From Candidatus Omnitrophota bacterium (lineage in GTDB: Bacteria > Omnitrophota > Gorgyraeia > Tantalellales > Tantalellaceae), in the NCBI GenBank assembly GCA_034723315.1, contig JAYEOV010000017.1, forward strand, positions 6,612 to 70,611: a stretch of DNA of 64,000 nt, in the 5' to 3' direction. The translations under genes were made by a program, and so were the position numbers. Within the stretch, counting starts at the first letter, position 1; every line of letters begins with the position of its first letter. Positions 49,096-58,608 of this stretch are shown in pieces. Below the pieces are notes generated by a model, which saw only the letters and a program-made list of their open reading frames with translations, was not told the DNA's origin and did not search any database.

Positions 49096-50025
49096 ATGTT
49101 AAAGAATACTCCTCAGAAGAAAGTGATTGTCGTATACTCGGAGTCCTATTATGTGGATATAGGAGAACACGTGTTCCCGACTTCAAAGTATAGAATAATA
49201 AAAAGGCGCATTGATTCCGACGGATCGTTGGACGGTAAGGTGGAGATCGTCCCGCCTGAACCGATAACCGATAAAGAAGTCCTTGCGGTGCACACGGACG
49301 GGTATATAAACAAACTTAAGTCGGGGACTTTTACGCAGGAAGAATCGGTCACGCTTGAAGTCCCATATTCAAGCGAGATCGTGGAGGCGTCCTTCACTTG
49401 TTGCGGCGGGACATTGACCACCGCCCGCGGCGCGCTTGAAAGGAAAGCGGCGCTTCACCTGGGGGGAGGGTTCCACCATGCCTTCCCCGATCACGGAGAG
49501 GGTTTTTGCGTGTTAAACGATATAGCGGTCAGTATCAGAGCGTTACAGGAGACGGGCAAAGTGAAAAAAGCCCTTGTCATTGATTGCGATCTTCATCAGG
49601 GCAACGGGACCGCTTTTATTTTTCAGGACGATTCGTCCGTATTCACTTTCTCGATGCACCAGGAGAATAACTATCCTTTTCATAAACCCGAAAGCGATAT
49701 TGATATCGGCCTGGAGGATTACACCCGTGACAAGGTGTATCTGCGGCACCTTTACGATAATATCCCCAAGATAATAAATACTTTCAAGCCTGAAATAATC
49801 CTGTATCTTGCCGGCGCGGATCCGTACGAGAAAGATCAGCTGGGCAATCTCGCCGTATCAAAGGACGGGCTGAGGGAAAGGGACAATTATATATGCACCC
49901 AGGCGCGTAATTTCGGAGTGCCGTTAGCTATAACCCTGGCCGGGGGATACGCGGCCAACCGCGAGGATACAGTTGACATACATTTTGCCACTGTGGAAGA
50001 ATGCGTGAGGGTCTTTGCGGGTTAG
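49096..50025 (+). CDS. Histone deacetylase-family (arginase/deacetylase fold) protein, AcuC/AphA-like
   Basis: LHLGGGFHHAFPDHGEGFCVLNDIAV plus IDCDLHQGNGT and YLAGADPYEKD match the class I/II HDAC zinc-site motifs. Confidence 0.8.
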   Translation: MLKNTPQKKVIVVYSESYYVDIGEHVFPTSKYRIIKRRIDSDGSLDGKVEIVPPEPITDKEVLAVHTDGYINKLKSGTFTQEESVTLEVPYSSEIVEASFTCCGGTLTTARGALERKAALHLGGGFHHAFPDHGEGFCVLNDIAVSIRALQETGKVKKALVIDCDLHQGNGTAFIFQDDSSVFTFSMHQENNYPFHKPESDIDIGLEDYTRDKVYLRHLYDNIPKIINTFKPEIILYLAGADPYEKDQLGNLAVSKDGLRERDNYICTQARNFGVPLAITLAGGYAANREDTVDIHFATVEECVRVFAG

Positions 50026-50104
50026 CACGGAGGATTTATGAAATGGCTTCTAGGAACTTTACGTTTAAATGATATATGTTATAATGTTTTCTCTGTTTTA
50101 CGGT

Positions 50105-50180
50105 GGGGCAGTAGCTCAGCTGGGAGAGCATCACGTTCGCAACGTGGGGGTCGTGGGTTCGAATCCCATCTGCTCCACCA
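50105..50180 (+). tRNA. tRNA-Ala (anticodon CGC)
   Basis: Manual fold. Acceptor stem GGGGCAG/CTGCTCC with the G3:U70 alanine identity pair, D arm GCTC-AGCTGGGA-GAGC, anticodon stem TCACG/CGTGG with loop TTCGCAA (anticodon CGC), T arm GTGGG-TTCGAAT-CCCAT, discriminator A, and encoded CCA. Confidence 0.9.
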
Positions 50181-50183
50181 TGA

Positions 50184-50267
50184 AAATAGGGGGACAGCGC
50201 CCCTATTTTTCCCCCTATTATTTTTTCTTTTTTCTCCGAAAAATAGAGGCGCTGTCCCCCCATTTTT
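50184..50267. terminator. Two inverted copies of the GGGGACAGCGCCCCTATTT palindromic unit (50184-50211 and 50239-50267) downstream of tRNA-Ala; the first has a T-run and probably acts as a terminator
   Basis: aaaatagggggacagcgcccctattttt ... aaaaatagaggcgctgtccccccattttt. It is the same unit family as the lnt terminator at 10842-10890. The small ORFs called here on both strands translate the repeat and are not genes. Confidence 0.65.
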
Positions 50268-50321
50268 CCCATTTTCTCCTATTTCCCAAATGAGAGTCCA
50301 TATACCGATCCTGGAGGAGGG

Positions 50322-50840
50322 ATGAAAAAATTTATTTTTATCTTGGTCGTATTTACGGTTTCCTTGAACAGCATAATTAGTCCCGCTTCGGCAAAACCCG
50401 AAACGATCCGCGTCCTGGTTGAAGTCGTGGGCGATCAACAATGGGAAGTTGAGGATTACGTCAAAACCATTTTGAGTTCGCTGGAGGATGTGGAAGTCGT
50501 GGAGGATTATCCAAGTGTGTATATTCACATAATAACCCGCAGGCTTGTAAGTACCAGGGGCAAAAGGCTTGGGTACGTGATAGCGTCGGCAAGCGCGCAG
50601 GTCTGGGAGGTTTTTCTGGAAGGGGGTTATCCTTTCCATTGCAACGATTATCATGGTTTATGGCTTGAGGTAGGGCCGGACCTCCGCGACCTGTCCCTGA
50701 AATGTGTTGCGGCCGTTAACGCGGGCGTCTTTGAAAAGATCCGGGAACTTAACAGGCTGGGAACGGAGCAGGAAATGCCGCTGGATTCCGCCGAGCATAC
50801 CGTTGTTGAGGGGGCTGAAACGGACGTTTTGCCGGAATGA
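50322..50840 (+). CDS. Secreted hypothetical protein
   Basis: Signal peptide MKKFIFILVVFTVSLNSIISPASA. No recognisable domain. Confidence 0.5.
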   Translation: MKKFIFILVVFTVSLNSIISPASAKPETIRVLVEVVGDQQWEVEDYVKTILSSLEDVEVVEDYPSVYIHIITRRLVSTRGKRLGYVIASASAQVWEVFLEGGYPFHCNDYHGLWLEVGPDLRDLSLKCVAAVNAGVFEKIRELNRLGTEQEMPLDSAEHTVVEGAETDVLPE

Positions 50841-50879
50841 GCCCTTATTCAGGACGAGATATGAGATGCTGAAAAAATC

Positions 50880-51074
50880 ATGAGTGAATATATTTGTCCG
50901 CATTGCGGCAAACCGATATACGACGATGAGGCGCTTCTGTGCGTATATTGCGGGGAGAACCTGGAGCGCGGCGTCGGGACCCTCGGTAAGATCAAATATT
51001 CCACGCACTGGATGATCATTGCGGCTGTTGTGGTGCTGGTTTTGATCGCGTTCGTTATACTGGTAAGCAAATAA
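50880..51074 (+). CDS. Small zinc-ribbon protein with a C-terminal TM anchor
   Basis: CPHCGKPIYDDEALLCVYCGE then WMIIAAVVVLVLIAFVILV. Confidence 0.45.
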   Translation: MSEYICPHCGKPIYDDEALLCVYCGENLERGVGTLGKIKYSTHWMIIAAVVVLVLIAFVILVSK

Positions 51075-51096
51075 GGGATAAGGAAGGTGTTCGGAG

Positions 51097-51480
51097 ATGA
51101 AAAAGTGGATCATTAGTATCGTTGTCCTGGTCCTGTTGGGCCTGGGCGCTTTTGCGGGGTATATGTTCTATAGCGAAAAACAGGTCATGAATATGGAAAT
51201 AGGAGATGTGGATCTTTCTCGCGTTCCGGACGGCGAGTATAAGGGGAAGTGCGATTATATGATCTTTACCTGCAGAGCGGAAGTCTCGGTGCGGAACCAT
51301 CGTATAACGGGTATCAAGCTTTTTGAGGACAGGGATAGTAAATGGGTTGAACAGGCAAAAGGAGTTGCCCGGGACGTGCTCCGCGAACAGTCTTTGAAAG
51401 TAGATACGGTAACCGGCGCCACGATCACCAGTAAGGCTTTTCTAAAAGCCATAAGGAATGCTTTGACAAAGACTAAATGA
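51097..51480 (+). CDS. Membrane-anchored FMN-binding domain protein (FMN_bind; NqrC/RnfG-type covalent flavinylation motif)
   Basis: N-terminal TM anchor, then DTVTGATITSKAFLKAIRNAL. The [ST]GAT[ST] threonine motif is the site of ApbE-mediated covalent FMN attachment in NqrC/RnfG-type domains. Confidence 0.7.
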   Translation: MKKWIISIVVLVLLGLGAFAGYMFYSEKQVMNMEIGDVDLSRVPDGEYKGKCDYMIFTCRAEVSVRNHRITGIKLFEDRDSKWVEQAKGVARDVLREQSLKVDTVTGATITSKAFLKAIRNALTKTK

Positions 51481-51487
51481 CCTTTTT

Positions 51488-53017
51488 TTGCTATCTGTTA
51501 TAACGATGGGGATATTGATGTTAAAACGGGTCTTATCAGCAATATTTGTTGTTTTCTTTCTGCTGGCGGGCATCCATGCGGAAGCAAAATATGCCGATCT
51601 TGCGGGATCGTGGTACTCTGATTCGCCTGTCAGGTTGAGGTCAGAGATCGAAGGGTATTTGCGGGATGCCCGGGTGGGCCGGATAGACGGCGAGGTCATA
51701 GGCGCCATAGTCCCGCATGCCGGTTTGAGGTTCTCCGGACCGGTAGCGGGGTACACGTATAAAGCGTTGATGGAAGCGAACCCTGACAAGGTCATTCTTG
51801 TCGGGTTCACCCACAGGAAATATTTTGCCGACAGCATATCCGTTTTTACCGACGAGGATTTTATCACGCCGCTGGGAAAGGCCCCGACAGATATGGGCCT
51901 GACCAAAAAGATCCTTTCTTATCACGAGAACATGAAGGATATTCCGGAAGCCTTCATCGGGGAGAACTCTATCGAGGTCGAGATCCCTTTTATACAGGTG
52001 GCCTTGAAGGATGCGCGTCTCGTATTGATCGCGCTTTGCGATCAGAGCAAGGAGAACTGCAGGATCCTTGCGGACGCGCTTCATGACGTTCTGCGCGACG
52101 AAAAGAACTTTGTGATATTGGCCAGCACGGATATGTCCCATCACCTCCCTTACGATGTAGCGAAGAAGCTGGATACCGGGACCATAGAAACGGTGAAACT
52201 GTTCGATCCGGAATTGTTTTACGAAAAAAGCGCGGAACAGCAGCCCCATGAGCACATGTGCGGTATGGGGGCAGTTTATTCCGTGATGACGGCGTGCAAA
52301 CGGCTCGGGGCTGATCAGGTGGAGATATTGAAATACGCGAATTCAGGTGACACTTCGGGAATGAAAAGCAGGGTTGTAGGATACTTGAGCGCGGTATTCA
52401 TAAAGAGCCGGGGAAAAGCGTCGAGCGGACGCGGGATAGATCAAAATGTCAAGGAGGAACAGCATATGTTTAACCGGACACAGAAGGAAAAGCTCCTGAA
52501 AATGGCCAGGGACACTATACATCATTATCTTGAAACAGGGAAACGTCTCGAGGTGGAAGTCGATGATGAAACGCTCAAGCAGGATATGGGGGCTTTTGTT
52601 ACCCTGCACAAACAGGGACAATTAAGAGGTTGCATAGGGCATATGGCAGCTACAGGCCCCCTGTATCTCACCGTCAGAGATATGGCTATCTCATCGGCAA
52701 CCGAGGACTGGAGATTCCCGCCCGTCAAGCTCGGCGATCTCGATGATATCGATATCGAGATATCGGCATTATCGCCGATGAGGAAGATAGATGATTATAA
52801 TGAAATAGAGATGGGCAAGCACGGGGTAATGGTGCGAATGGGGCGCAGAAGCGGCGTGTATCTGCCGCAGGTAGCCGACGAGACCGGCTGGGACAGGGAG
52901 CAGTTCATGAACAGCCTTTGCGCACACAAGGCCGGCATTCCCGCTGATGCCTGGAAGAAGGGGGAGTGCGAGATATACGTGTTTACCGCCGAGGTCTTCG
53001 GTGAAAAGGAAATTTAA
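51488..53017 (+). CDS. Fusion of a MEMO1-family domain (AmmeMemoRadiSam system protein B-like) and an AMMECR1 domain (protein A-like), preceded by a predicted signal peptide / TM anchor
   Basis: N-terminal hydrophobic segment LKRVLSAIFVVFFLLAGIHA. The MEMO-like region starts AGSWYSD...IVPHAGLRFSGPVAGYTY...DMSHH. The C-terminal AMMECR1 region has GAFVTLHKQGQLRGCIGH...GVYLPQVADETGWDREQFMNSLCAHKAGIP. Confidence 0.75.
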   Translation: MLSVITMGILMLKRVLSAIFVVFFLLAGIHAEAKYADLAGSWYSDSPVRLRSEIEGYLRDARVGRIDGEVIGAIVPHAGLRFSGPVAGYTYKALMEANPDKVILVGFTHRKYFADSISVFTDEDFITPLGKAPTDMGLTKKILSYHENMKDIPEAFIGENSIEVEIPFIQVALKDARLVLIALCDQSKENCRILADALHDVLRDEKNFVILASTDMSHHLPYDVAKKLDTGTIETVKLFDPELFYEKSAEQQPHEHMCGMGAVYSVMTACKRLGADQVEILKYANSGDTSGMKSRVVGYLSAVFIKSRGKASSGRGIDQNVKEEQHMFNRTQKEKLLKMARDTIHHYLETGKRLEVEVDDETLKQDMGAFVTLHKQGQLRGCIGHMAATGPLYLTVRDMAISSATEDWRFPPVKLGDLDDIDIEISALSPMRKIDDYNEIEMGKHGVMVRMGRRSGVYLPQVADETGWDREQFMNSLCAHKAGIPADAWKKGECEIYVFTAEVFGEKEI

Positions 53018-53083
53018 AGAAAATAAGCCGTCCACGGTCCACAGTCAACGGTCGACCATGGGGAACGGGTCCGGAAGGAAGAT

Positions 53084-53821
53084 ATGAGCAGATTCTATGT
53101 TCCGAAAGAGAATGTCGGGGAGAGAGAGATCGTCGTGAACGGGAAAGAAGCCCACCATATACTTGATGTTATGAGGATGCAGGACGGCGATGAAGTCGTT
53201 GTTTTTGACGGCACAGGCAAAGAATATACGGGTTTTATAAAGGATGCCGACAGGAGATCCGGAAAAATGATCATCGAGATCGTTCGCCAGAAGAGGCCCG
53301 CCGCGGAAAGTATTCCAGAGATAACTCTTGCCCAGGCCGTCCCGAAACAAAGCAAGATAGATTACATTATAGAAAAGGCGACGGAACTGGGGGTGTCCCG
53401 CATAGTGCCTTTGATCACGGAGCGCACGATCGTCAGGCCGGACGCCGGCGGCAGCGGCAAAAAGCTCGAAAGATGGCGGAAGATCGCGGTTGAGGCCTCC
53501 AAACAGTGCGGCAGGACAAGCGTCCCTAAGGTCGAAGAGATCACGGATTTCAAGGATATGGTGAAGATGACTGACCGGTACGACTTGGTTCTGCTGGCCT
53601 GCCTTGCTGAAAGATCGATCTCTATCAAGGATTCTTTATCCGGCTTTAAAACGGGCAAGGTTCTGGTATTTATAGGCCCGGAAGGAGACTTTACGCCGGA
53701 AGAGAGGCGGCTGGCGGACAGGGATAACTGCAGGTTCGTGTCTCTTGGCAGGAGGGTTTTAAGAAGCGATACCGCGGGGCTTTTCGTCCTTTCCGTTCTT
53801 AATTACGAGTATTCACTATAA
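53084..53821 (+). CDS. rsmE: 16S rRNA (uracil1498-N3)-methyltransferase RsmE
   Basis: N-terminal PUA-like region (MSRFYVPKENVGE...HHILDVMRM) and a C-terminal SPOUT domain (VFIGPEGDFTPEE). Confidence 0.85.
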   Translation: MSRFYVPKENVGEREIVVNGKEAHHILDVMRMQDGDEVVVFDGTGKEYTGFIKDADRRSGKMIIEIVRQKRPAAESIPEITLAQAVPKQSKIDYIIEKATELGVSRIVPLITERTIVRPDAGGSGKKLERWRKIAVEASKQCGRTSVPKVEEITDFKDMVKMTDRYDLVLLACLAERSISIKDSLSGFKTGKVLVFIGPEGDFTPEERRLADRDNCRFVSLGRRVLRSDTAGLFVLSVLNYEYSL

Positions 53822-53867
53822 AAATTGGTCCGCTGTTCACTGTTGACGGCCCGCTGGCTGTGGACAA

Positions 53868-55190
53868 TTGCCGGTGAACGGTGGTCCATTAACTTTAACT
53901 GTGAAAGAACCAAAATTCGCGATAAAAACCCTGGGTTGCAAGGTCAACCAGTACGAGGAACAGGTCCTTAGGGAGAACCTTCAGCGTTTCGGTTTCAGCG
54001 AGAGCGAGCCCCGGACCGCTGACATTTTTATTGTCAATTCATGCACTGTCACCGGCAAGGCCGACCTGAAAACAAGACGATTGATACGGCAGGTCAAAAG
54101 AGGGAACCCGGAGATAAAGATCTTTGTCACCGGCTGTTACGCCGTCTTTGAAAAGGATATAGAAAGGCTCAGTTACATGCCGGAAGTGTTTAAGGTGATC
54201 CCCGCGAAAGATAAGCTGCGCCTGCCGGTCATGATCAAGGATCTCTTCGGCATAAAGCGCGGGGACATGGGCGTGAGGGAGCAGATATCCCGGTTCAACT
54301 CTCATAGCAGGGCTTTCCTGAAAATACAGGATGGATGCGATCAAAACTGCGCCTATTGTAAGGTAAGCCTTGTCAGGGGCCCTTCAAGGTGCAGGGACGA
54401 ACGGGAAGTCATAGGAGAGGTAACGCGACTTTCAAAAGCGGGGTATAGGGAGATCGTCCTGACCGGTATATGTCTCGGCTCCTGGAAAGGGAGCAAGGGG
54501 CAGAGTATTTCACGTCTTTTAAAGGAGATGGACGGAATGGACGGGATGTTCAGAATACGCCTCAGCTCTATCGAACCGGATTTAATAGATGATCTCCTGA
54601 TCGGAACGATCGCAGGGTCAAGGAGGATCTGCAGGCACCTCCATATCCCTCTTCAGAGCGGGTCTGACCGGGTATTGAAAAGGATGAACAGAAGATATGA
54701 TACGGAACGGTTCAGGGAACTTATCCGGAATATACGAGGACAGATGCCTTTTGCCGGGATCACCATGGATATCATCACGGGTTTCCCGGGCGAGGACGGG
54801 ACGGATTTTTACAGGACCATGATGCTTGTCAAGGAGACAAAACCATCACGGCTTCATGTTTTTAAATACAGCGACAGGGAGGGAACAAGGTCCTTCGATC
54901 TAGAGGGAAAAGTCCACGTTCGAACAGCGAAAGAACGGGCAAAACGTTTGATAGAGGCTGGTAAAGAGCTTCAGGCCGGGTTTTGCCGCAATTTTGCGGG
55001 TAGAAGAGTAGAAGTGCTTGTAGAGAAAAAGAACGGGACCATGCTCGAGGGGTATACAGGCGAGTATGTCAGGGCGAGAATGGAAGGGTATCAAGCATCT
55101 GAAGGTGATCTGATAAGCATAGAAGTGAATGATATTGATGAAGAAACCCCTTGTGTAGTGAACAAAAAGGGGTCAAGTCTTAAAATTTAA
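53868..55190 (+). CDS. mtaB: MtaB-like tRNA methylthiotransferase (MTTase N-domain, radical SAM, TRAM); the last codons (KGSSLKI*) are supplied by a MITE insertion
   Basis: TLGCKVNQYE N-domain, radical SAM CDQNCAYC, and a C-terminal TRAM domain. A GTG at 53901 is an alternative start. The C-terminal tail is identical to the MetE tail. Confidence 0.75.
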   Translation: MPVNGGPLTLTVKEPKFAIKTLGCKVNQYEEQVLRENLQRFGFSESEPRTADIFIVNSCTVTGKADLKTRRLIRQVKRGNPEIKIFVTGCYAVFEKDIERLSYMPEVFKVIPAKDKLRLPVMIKDLFGIKRGDMGVREQISRFNSHSRAFLKIQDGCDQNCAYCKVSLVRGPSRCRDEREVIGEVTRLSKAGYREIVLTGICLGSWKGSKGQSISRLLKEMDGMDGMFRIRLSSIEPDLIDDLLIGTIAGSRRICRHLHIPLQSGSDRVLKRMNRRYDTERFRELIRNIRGQMPFAGITMDIITGFPGEDGTDFYRTMMLVKETKPSRLHVFKYSDREGTRSFDLEGKVHVRTAKERAKRLIEAGKELQAGFCRNFAGRRVEVLVEKKNGTMLEGYTGEYVRARMEGYQASEGDLISIEVNDIDEETPCVVNKKGSSLKI

Positions 55191-55244
55191 CTTAACAAGC
55201 ATATAGGGGTCAAATCGTTAAGTTAAATTTTAAGACTTCACCCC
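55169..55244. mobile_element. 76-bp MITE derived from the IS200/IS605-like element at 38892-39951 (left end GGGGTCAAGTCTTAAAATTTAACTTAAC 55169-55196; inverted right end 55217-55244 with 1 mismatch)
   Basis: Both ends read directly. The 22 terminal bp are identical to the TIR of the full element and there is no internal transposase. Confidence 0.75.
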
Positions 55245-55273
55245 TATATTCCCGCTTATAATATGATATACTT

Positions 55274-55855
55274 TTGATTCTATTAGAAGGGAAAGTCTTG
55301 CCTGAGATATTAAAGAGTTTTAACTGGCTTGATATACTTTTCGTAATCCTTTTGCTAGGAATGATTTATAAAGGATCACGAACGGGTGTCGGTGGTCAGA
55401 TCCTTTCTCTTGTTGGCTGGTTCGTTTTACTTTTTATTTCTATAGGATATTATCGCCTTTTATCTGAAGCGATATTTGGTTTTTTGTTACAAAAATGGGC
55501 AAAACCTGTATCGTTTTTTCTTATTTCAGTTATCATATTCACGGTCATCAAGTTTCTTGAGAGAGTTTTTAATGTAATAAGCGACGGGGAACTCGCGATC
55601 ATAGAGAGAATTGGCGGGGCTCTTGTCGCTTCTTTAAGGGCCTGTTTATTATTCGGTGTCATAGGGATCCTGCTTTTGCTGATTCCCATTGATTACGCGC
55701 GTATTACGGTCACAGAAAAGTCGAGGACGGGGATGTTCTTTGTTGATATTGACGCGCAGATCTACAGCTGGATATCGGATGTCACGGGTGTCCCCGCGAA
55801 AAGAACAAAAGATGAACTTCTGAACGAATTTCTGGCCACTGAAAAAGAGAAGTAA
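55274..55855 (+). CDS. CvpA-family (colicin V production) membrane protein
   Basis: N-terminus FNWLDILFVILLLGMIYKGSRTGVGGQILSLVGWFVLLF matches the CvpA pattern (NwlDiiil...rRGfv.e..sl.gwi.a), with 4 TM helices. The start codon is uncertain. Confidence 0.55.
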   Translation: MILLEGKVLPEILKSFNWLDILFVILLLGMIYKGSRTGVGGQILSLVGWFVLLFISIGYYRLLSEAIFGFLLQKWAKPVSFFLISVIIFTVIKFLERVFNVISDGELAIIERIGGALVASLRACLLFGVIGILLLLIPIDYARITVTEKSRTGMFFVDIDAQIYSWISDVTGVPAKRTKDELLNEFLATEKEK

Positions 55856-55869
55856 AGATAAGGAGAAAC

Positions 55870-56826
55870 ATGAAACTAAGAACGATTTACGAATTGGCTG
55901 TAAAGAAGGCGTTGAGGGAGGATCAGCGGCCGAAAAATGTCATTGAAAAGGGACTTAAAAAAACCGGAAAAGAGTACAGAAAAACGAAAGGCATCGACAG
56001 GATCGCCTTTGACAGGGAGAGCCTCAAGCATCCTTATGCCGATACAAGGATATTATACGGGACCGGGAACGAAGAAGTTAAAACCGTTATGATGGGTATA
56101 GATATCGACGTCGGGGAAATTTTGCTGGCGGACCGGCTGCGCGAAAAAGGGATAAAGATAGACCTGGTGATTTCTCACCATCCTGCGGGAAGGGCTTACG
56201 CGGGGCTTCACAAGGTGATGGATATCCAGCCGAGTTTGTGGGAAAAGTACGGTCTCTCCGAAGAGGTGGCGCAGGGCATAATGAAGGAGCGTATGGAGCA
56301 GGTCATGCGGGGCGTCGCGCCTGCAAACCATACCAGGGCGCAGGATGCGGCCCGGATCCTTGATATACCTTTTATGTGCACGCACACGGCGGCTGACAAC
56401 TGTGTGGCGGCATATCTCCAGAAACAGTTCGATAGAAAAAAACCGAAAAAGATAAGGAACGTGATCAATATCTTAAAAAGTATCCCCGAGTACAAAGAGG
56501 CCGTAAAAAACGGCGCCGGCCCGTTCATTCTCATAGGTAAGGAGGATGAAGCGGCCGGCAGGATATTCGTGGACATGACCGGGGGGACTTCGGGGCCTGA
56601 CAGGATGTTCGCCCGGCTTTCACAGTCGGGGGTCAAGACCATCGTGGGAATGCACTGCAAGGAATCAGCTTTCAAGGTCGCCAAGTCAGAGTTTATCAAT
56701 TACGTTATCGCGGGACATATCTGCAGCGATACGCTCGGCATGAATCTTCTGTTCGACGCGGTAGAAAAAAAGGGCAGGCTGAATTTCATAGAATGTTCGG
56801 GGTTCAAGAGGATCAGGAGGGGATAG
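55870..56826 (+). CDS. Nif3-family dinuclear-metal-centre protein (YqfO/YbgI-like)
   Basis: VMMGIDIDVGEILLADRLREKGIKIDLVISHHPAG parallels the Nif3 motif (...LDV.....EA...GA.LIISHHP). It lies upstream of dnaG-rpoD, as in many Firmicutes-type gene orders. Confidence 0.5.
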   Translation: MKLRTIYELAVKKALREDQRPKNVIEKGLKKTGKEYRKTKGIDRIAFDRESLKHPYADTRILYGTGNEEVKTVMMGIDIDVGEILLADRLREKGIKIDLVISHHPAGRAYAGLHKVMDIQPSLWEKYGLSEEVAQGIMKERMEQVMRGVAPANHTRAQDAARILDIPFMCTHTAADNCVAAYLQKQFDRKKPKKIRNVINILKSIPEYKEAVKNGAGPFILIGKEDEAAGRIFVDMTGGTSGPDRMFARLSQSGVKTIVGMHCKESAFKVAKSEFINYVIAGHICSDTLGMNLLFDAVEKKGRLNFIECSGFKRIRRG

Positions 56827-56833
56827 GGCTTTA

Positions 56834-58606
56834 ATGGGAAGGATACCTCAGGAGACAATAGACCAGATACTGGACAGGCTTGATATCGTGGAAGTCGTTT
56901 CGGACTACATCCAGCTTAAGCGGGTGGGGAAGAACTTCAAAGCGTGCTGCCCTTTCCACAACGAAAAGACGCCTTCCTTTATTGTCAGTCCGGATAAACA
57001 GATCTATCATTGTTTCGGATGCGGCGCGGGGGGCAACGCTATCGGGTTTGTGATGAAACATGAAAATATGGATTTTATCGAGGCGGTAGAAGCCCTGGCC
57101 GCGAAAGCCAGTGTGGAACTTCCGAAGTTCAGGAAGGACGAAAGCCCTGAAGATTCCCTGGGCTCCCGGATCTATGAGATGAACAAGGTCGCGGCGACCT
57201 TTTACCAGAACTTTCTGCGGAGCGACAGGGGCAGGAAAGCTCTTGAGTATCTCAGGAAGCGTGGTGTTAACGCTGAAACGCTGACCGAGTTCAGGATCGG
57301 TTACGTTCCCGATGAGTGGGATCTTTTCCGGAAATATTGCGAGGAGAAGAAAATGCCTGCCGATATTCTCAGGAAAGCCGGGCTTACCATCAAGAGCGAA
57401 AAAGGCAGGGGGGATTACGACAGGTTCAGGAACAGGATAATTTTTCCGATCTTCAACGAAAGAGGGAATATCGTCGCTTTCGGCGGAAGGGTGATGGACC
57501 AGTCTCTGCCAAAGTACATAAATTCGCCGGAAACCCTTGTTTACAATAAAAGCAACGTTCTTTACGGCCTTAATTTCAGCAAGAAGGGGATAAGGGAGGC
57601 GGATTGCGCGGTGATAGTGGAAGGATACATGGACGTGATCATCCCTTACCAGCACGGCGTCAGGAATATCGTAGCTACTTCGGGAACGGCCCTCACCCCG
57701 AGACAGGTCAGGATGCTTAAAAAGTATACCGATACGGCCGTGATGGTGTTTGACGCCGACCAGGCCGGGGAAACCGCCAGCCTGAGAGGCCTGGATATCC
57801 TTGTAGCCGGCGGTATAAATGTGCGTATCGCCACGCTGCCGGAAGGGGAGGACCCGGACAGTTTCGTGAGGAAATACGGCAGGGAAAAACTTGAAGGGAT
57901 ACTTGGTAAAGCTAAAGGCCTGTTCGATTATAAACTGGACCTTCTGGTCGATAAACTGGGCGAACGCGACATAGGCGGCATAGTGGACGAAATGCTTCCG
58001 ACGATATCAAAGGTCGATAACGCCGTTATACAGTCCGATTATCTCAAGAAACTCGCGGAACGTCTCGGCATACACGAGGCGTCGTTAAGGTATGAGATGG
58101 GCAAAGTGAAGCCGGACTATTCCTACCATTACGAAACGGAAGCCGGTGTAGATACTAATTCGCGGAACTACAGGAGCAGCGAGATCCATCTTCTGGGGCT
58201 GGCCATATCCGACTGTAAGATGTTTGACAGGATACGCGGAGACCTCGGGCTGGATAAATTCCGCGACCCCAACGTTAAAAAGGTCATGATGTCAATTCAG
58301 GGCCTGTTCGATAAAGGGGGAAAAGAGATCACCCCGGGAAAATTATTGAGCAGGTTCGAGAATGATGAGCAAGCAAAGTCGGCTATCGTTCAGGCGGTCG
58401 CCAAGGCAGATATCACGGAGGACCATGACAGGGTATTGACGGACTGTGTTTTCTGCGTGCGTAAGGAGAACTGGGAAGATGAATCGAACAGACTCGCTCT
58501 AATGATGAAGAATACCAGAGACGCGGATGAGATAATGGAATTGGCCAGAAAGGTCAAGGATATCAAGATCAAGCTCAATAGTATCCACAACGAGAAGGTA
58601 GCGTAA
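56834..58606 (+). CDS. dnaG: DNA primase DnaG
   Basis: Zinc-binding domain [30 protein letters not shown], then the RNA-polymerase core and a TOPRIM domain (EGYMDVI; [13 protein letters not shown]). Confidence 0.95.
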   Translation: MGRIPQETIDQILDRLDIVEVVSDYIQLKRVGKNFKACCPFHNEKTPSFIVSPDKQIYHCFGCGAGGNAIGFVMKHENMDFIEAVEALAAKASVELPKFRKDESPEDSLGSRIYEMNKVAATFYQNFLRSDRGRKALEYLRKRGVNAETLTEFRIGYVPDEWDLFRKYCEEKKMPADILRKAGLTIKSEKGRGDYDRFRNRIIFPIFNERGNIVAFGGRVMDQSLPKYINSPETLVYNKSNVLYGLNFSKKGIREADCAVIVEGYMDVIIPYQHGVRNIVATSGTALTPRQVRMLKKYTDTAVMVFDADQAGETASLRGLDILVAGGINVRIATLPEGEDPDSFVRKYGREKLEGILGKAKGLFDYKLDLLVDKLGERDIGGIVDEMLPTISKVDNAVIQSDYLKKLAERLGIHEASLRYEMGKVKPDYSYHYETEAGVDTNSRNYRSSEIHLLGLAISDCKMFDRIRGDLGLDKFRDPNVKKVMMSIQGLFDKGGKEITPGKLLSRFENDEQAKSAIVQAVAKADITEDHDRVLTDCVFCVRKENWEDESNRLALMMKNTRDADEIMELARKVKDIKIKLNSIHNEKVA

Positions 58607-58608
58607 AT

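Noticed and set aside
50038-50325. ORFs 50038-50325(+), 50069-50293(+), 50036-50272(-) and 50079-50654(-) overlapping tRNA-Ala and the terminator repeats
   Set aside because: They translate the tRNA gene and the GGGGACAGCGCCCC palindromic units (peptides GTAPLFFP/GAVPLFS on both strands). They are repeat and tRNA artefacts, not proteins.
53868-55190. mtaB as the missing radical SAM partner of the MEMO-AMMECR1 fusion
   Set aside because: It has the MTTase N-domain (TLGCKVNQ) and a C-terminal TRAM domain typical of tRNA methylthiotransferases. The AmmeMemoRadiSam partner is a PFL-activase-like radical SAM without these domains.
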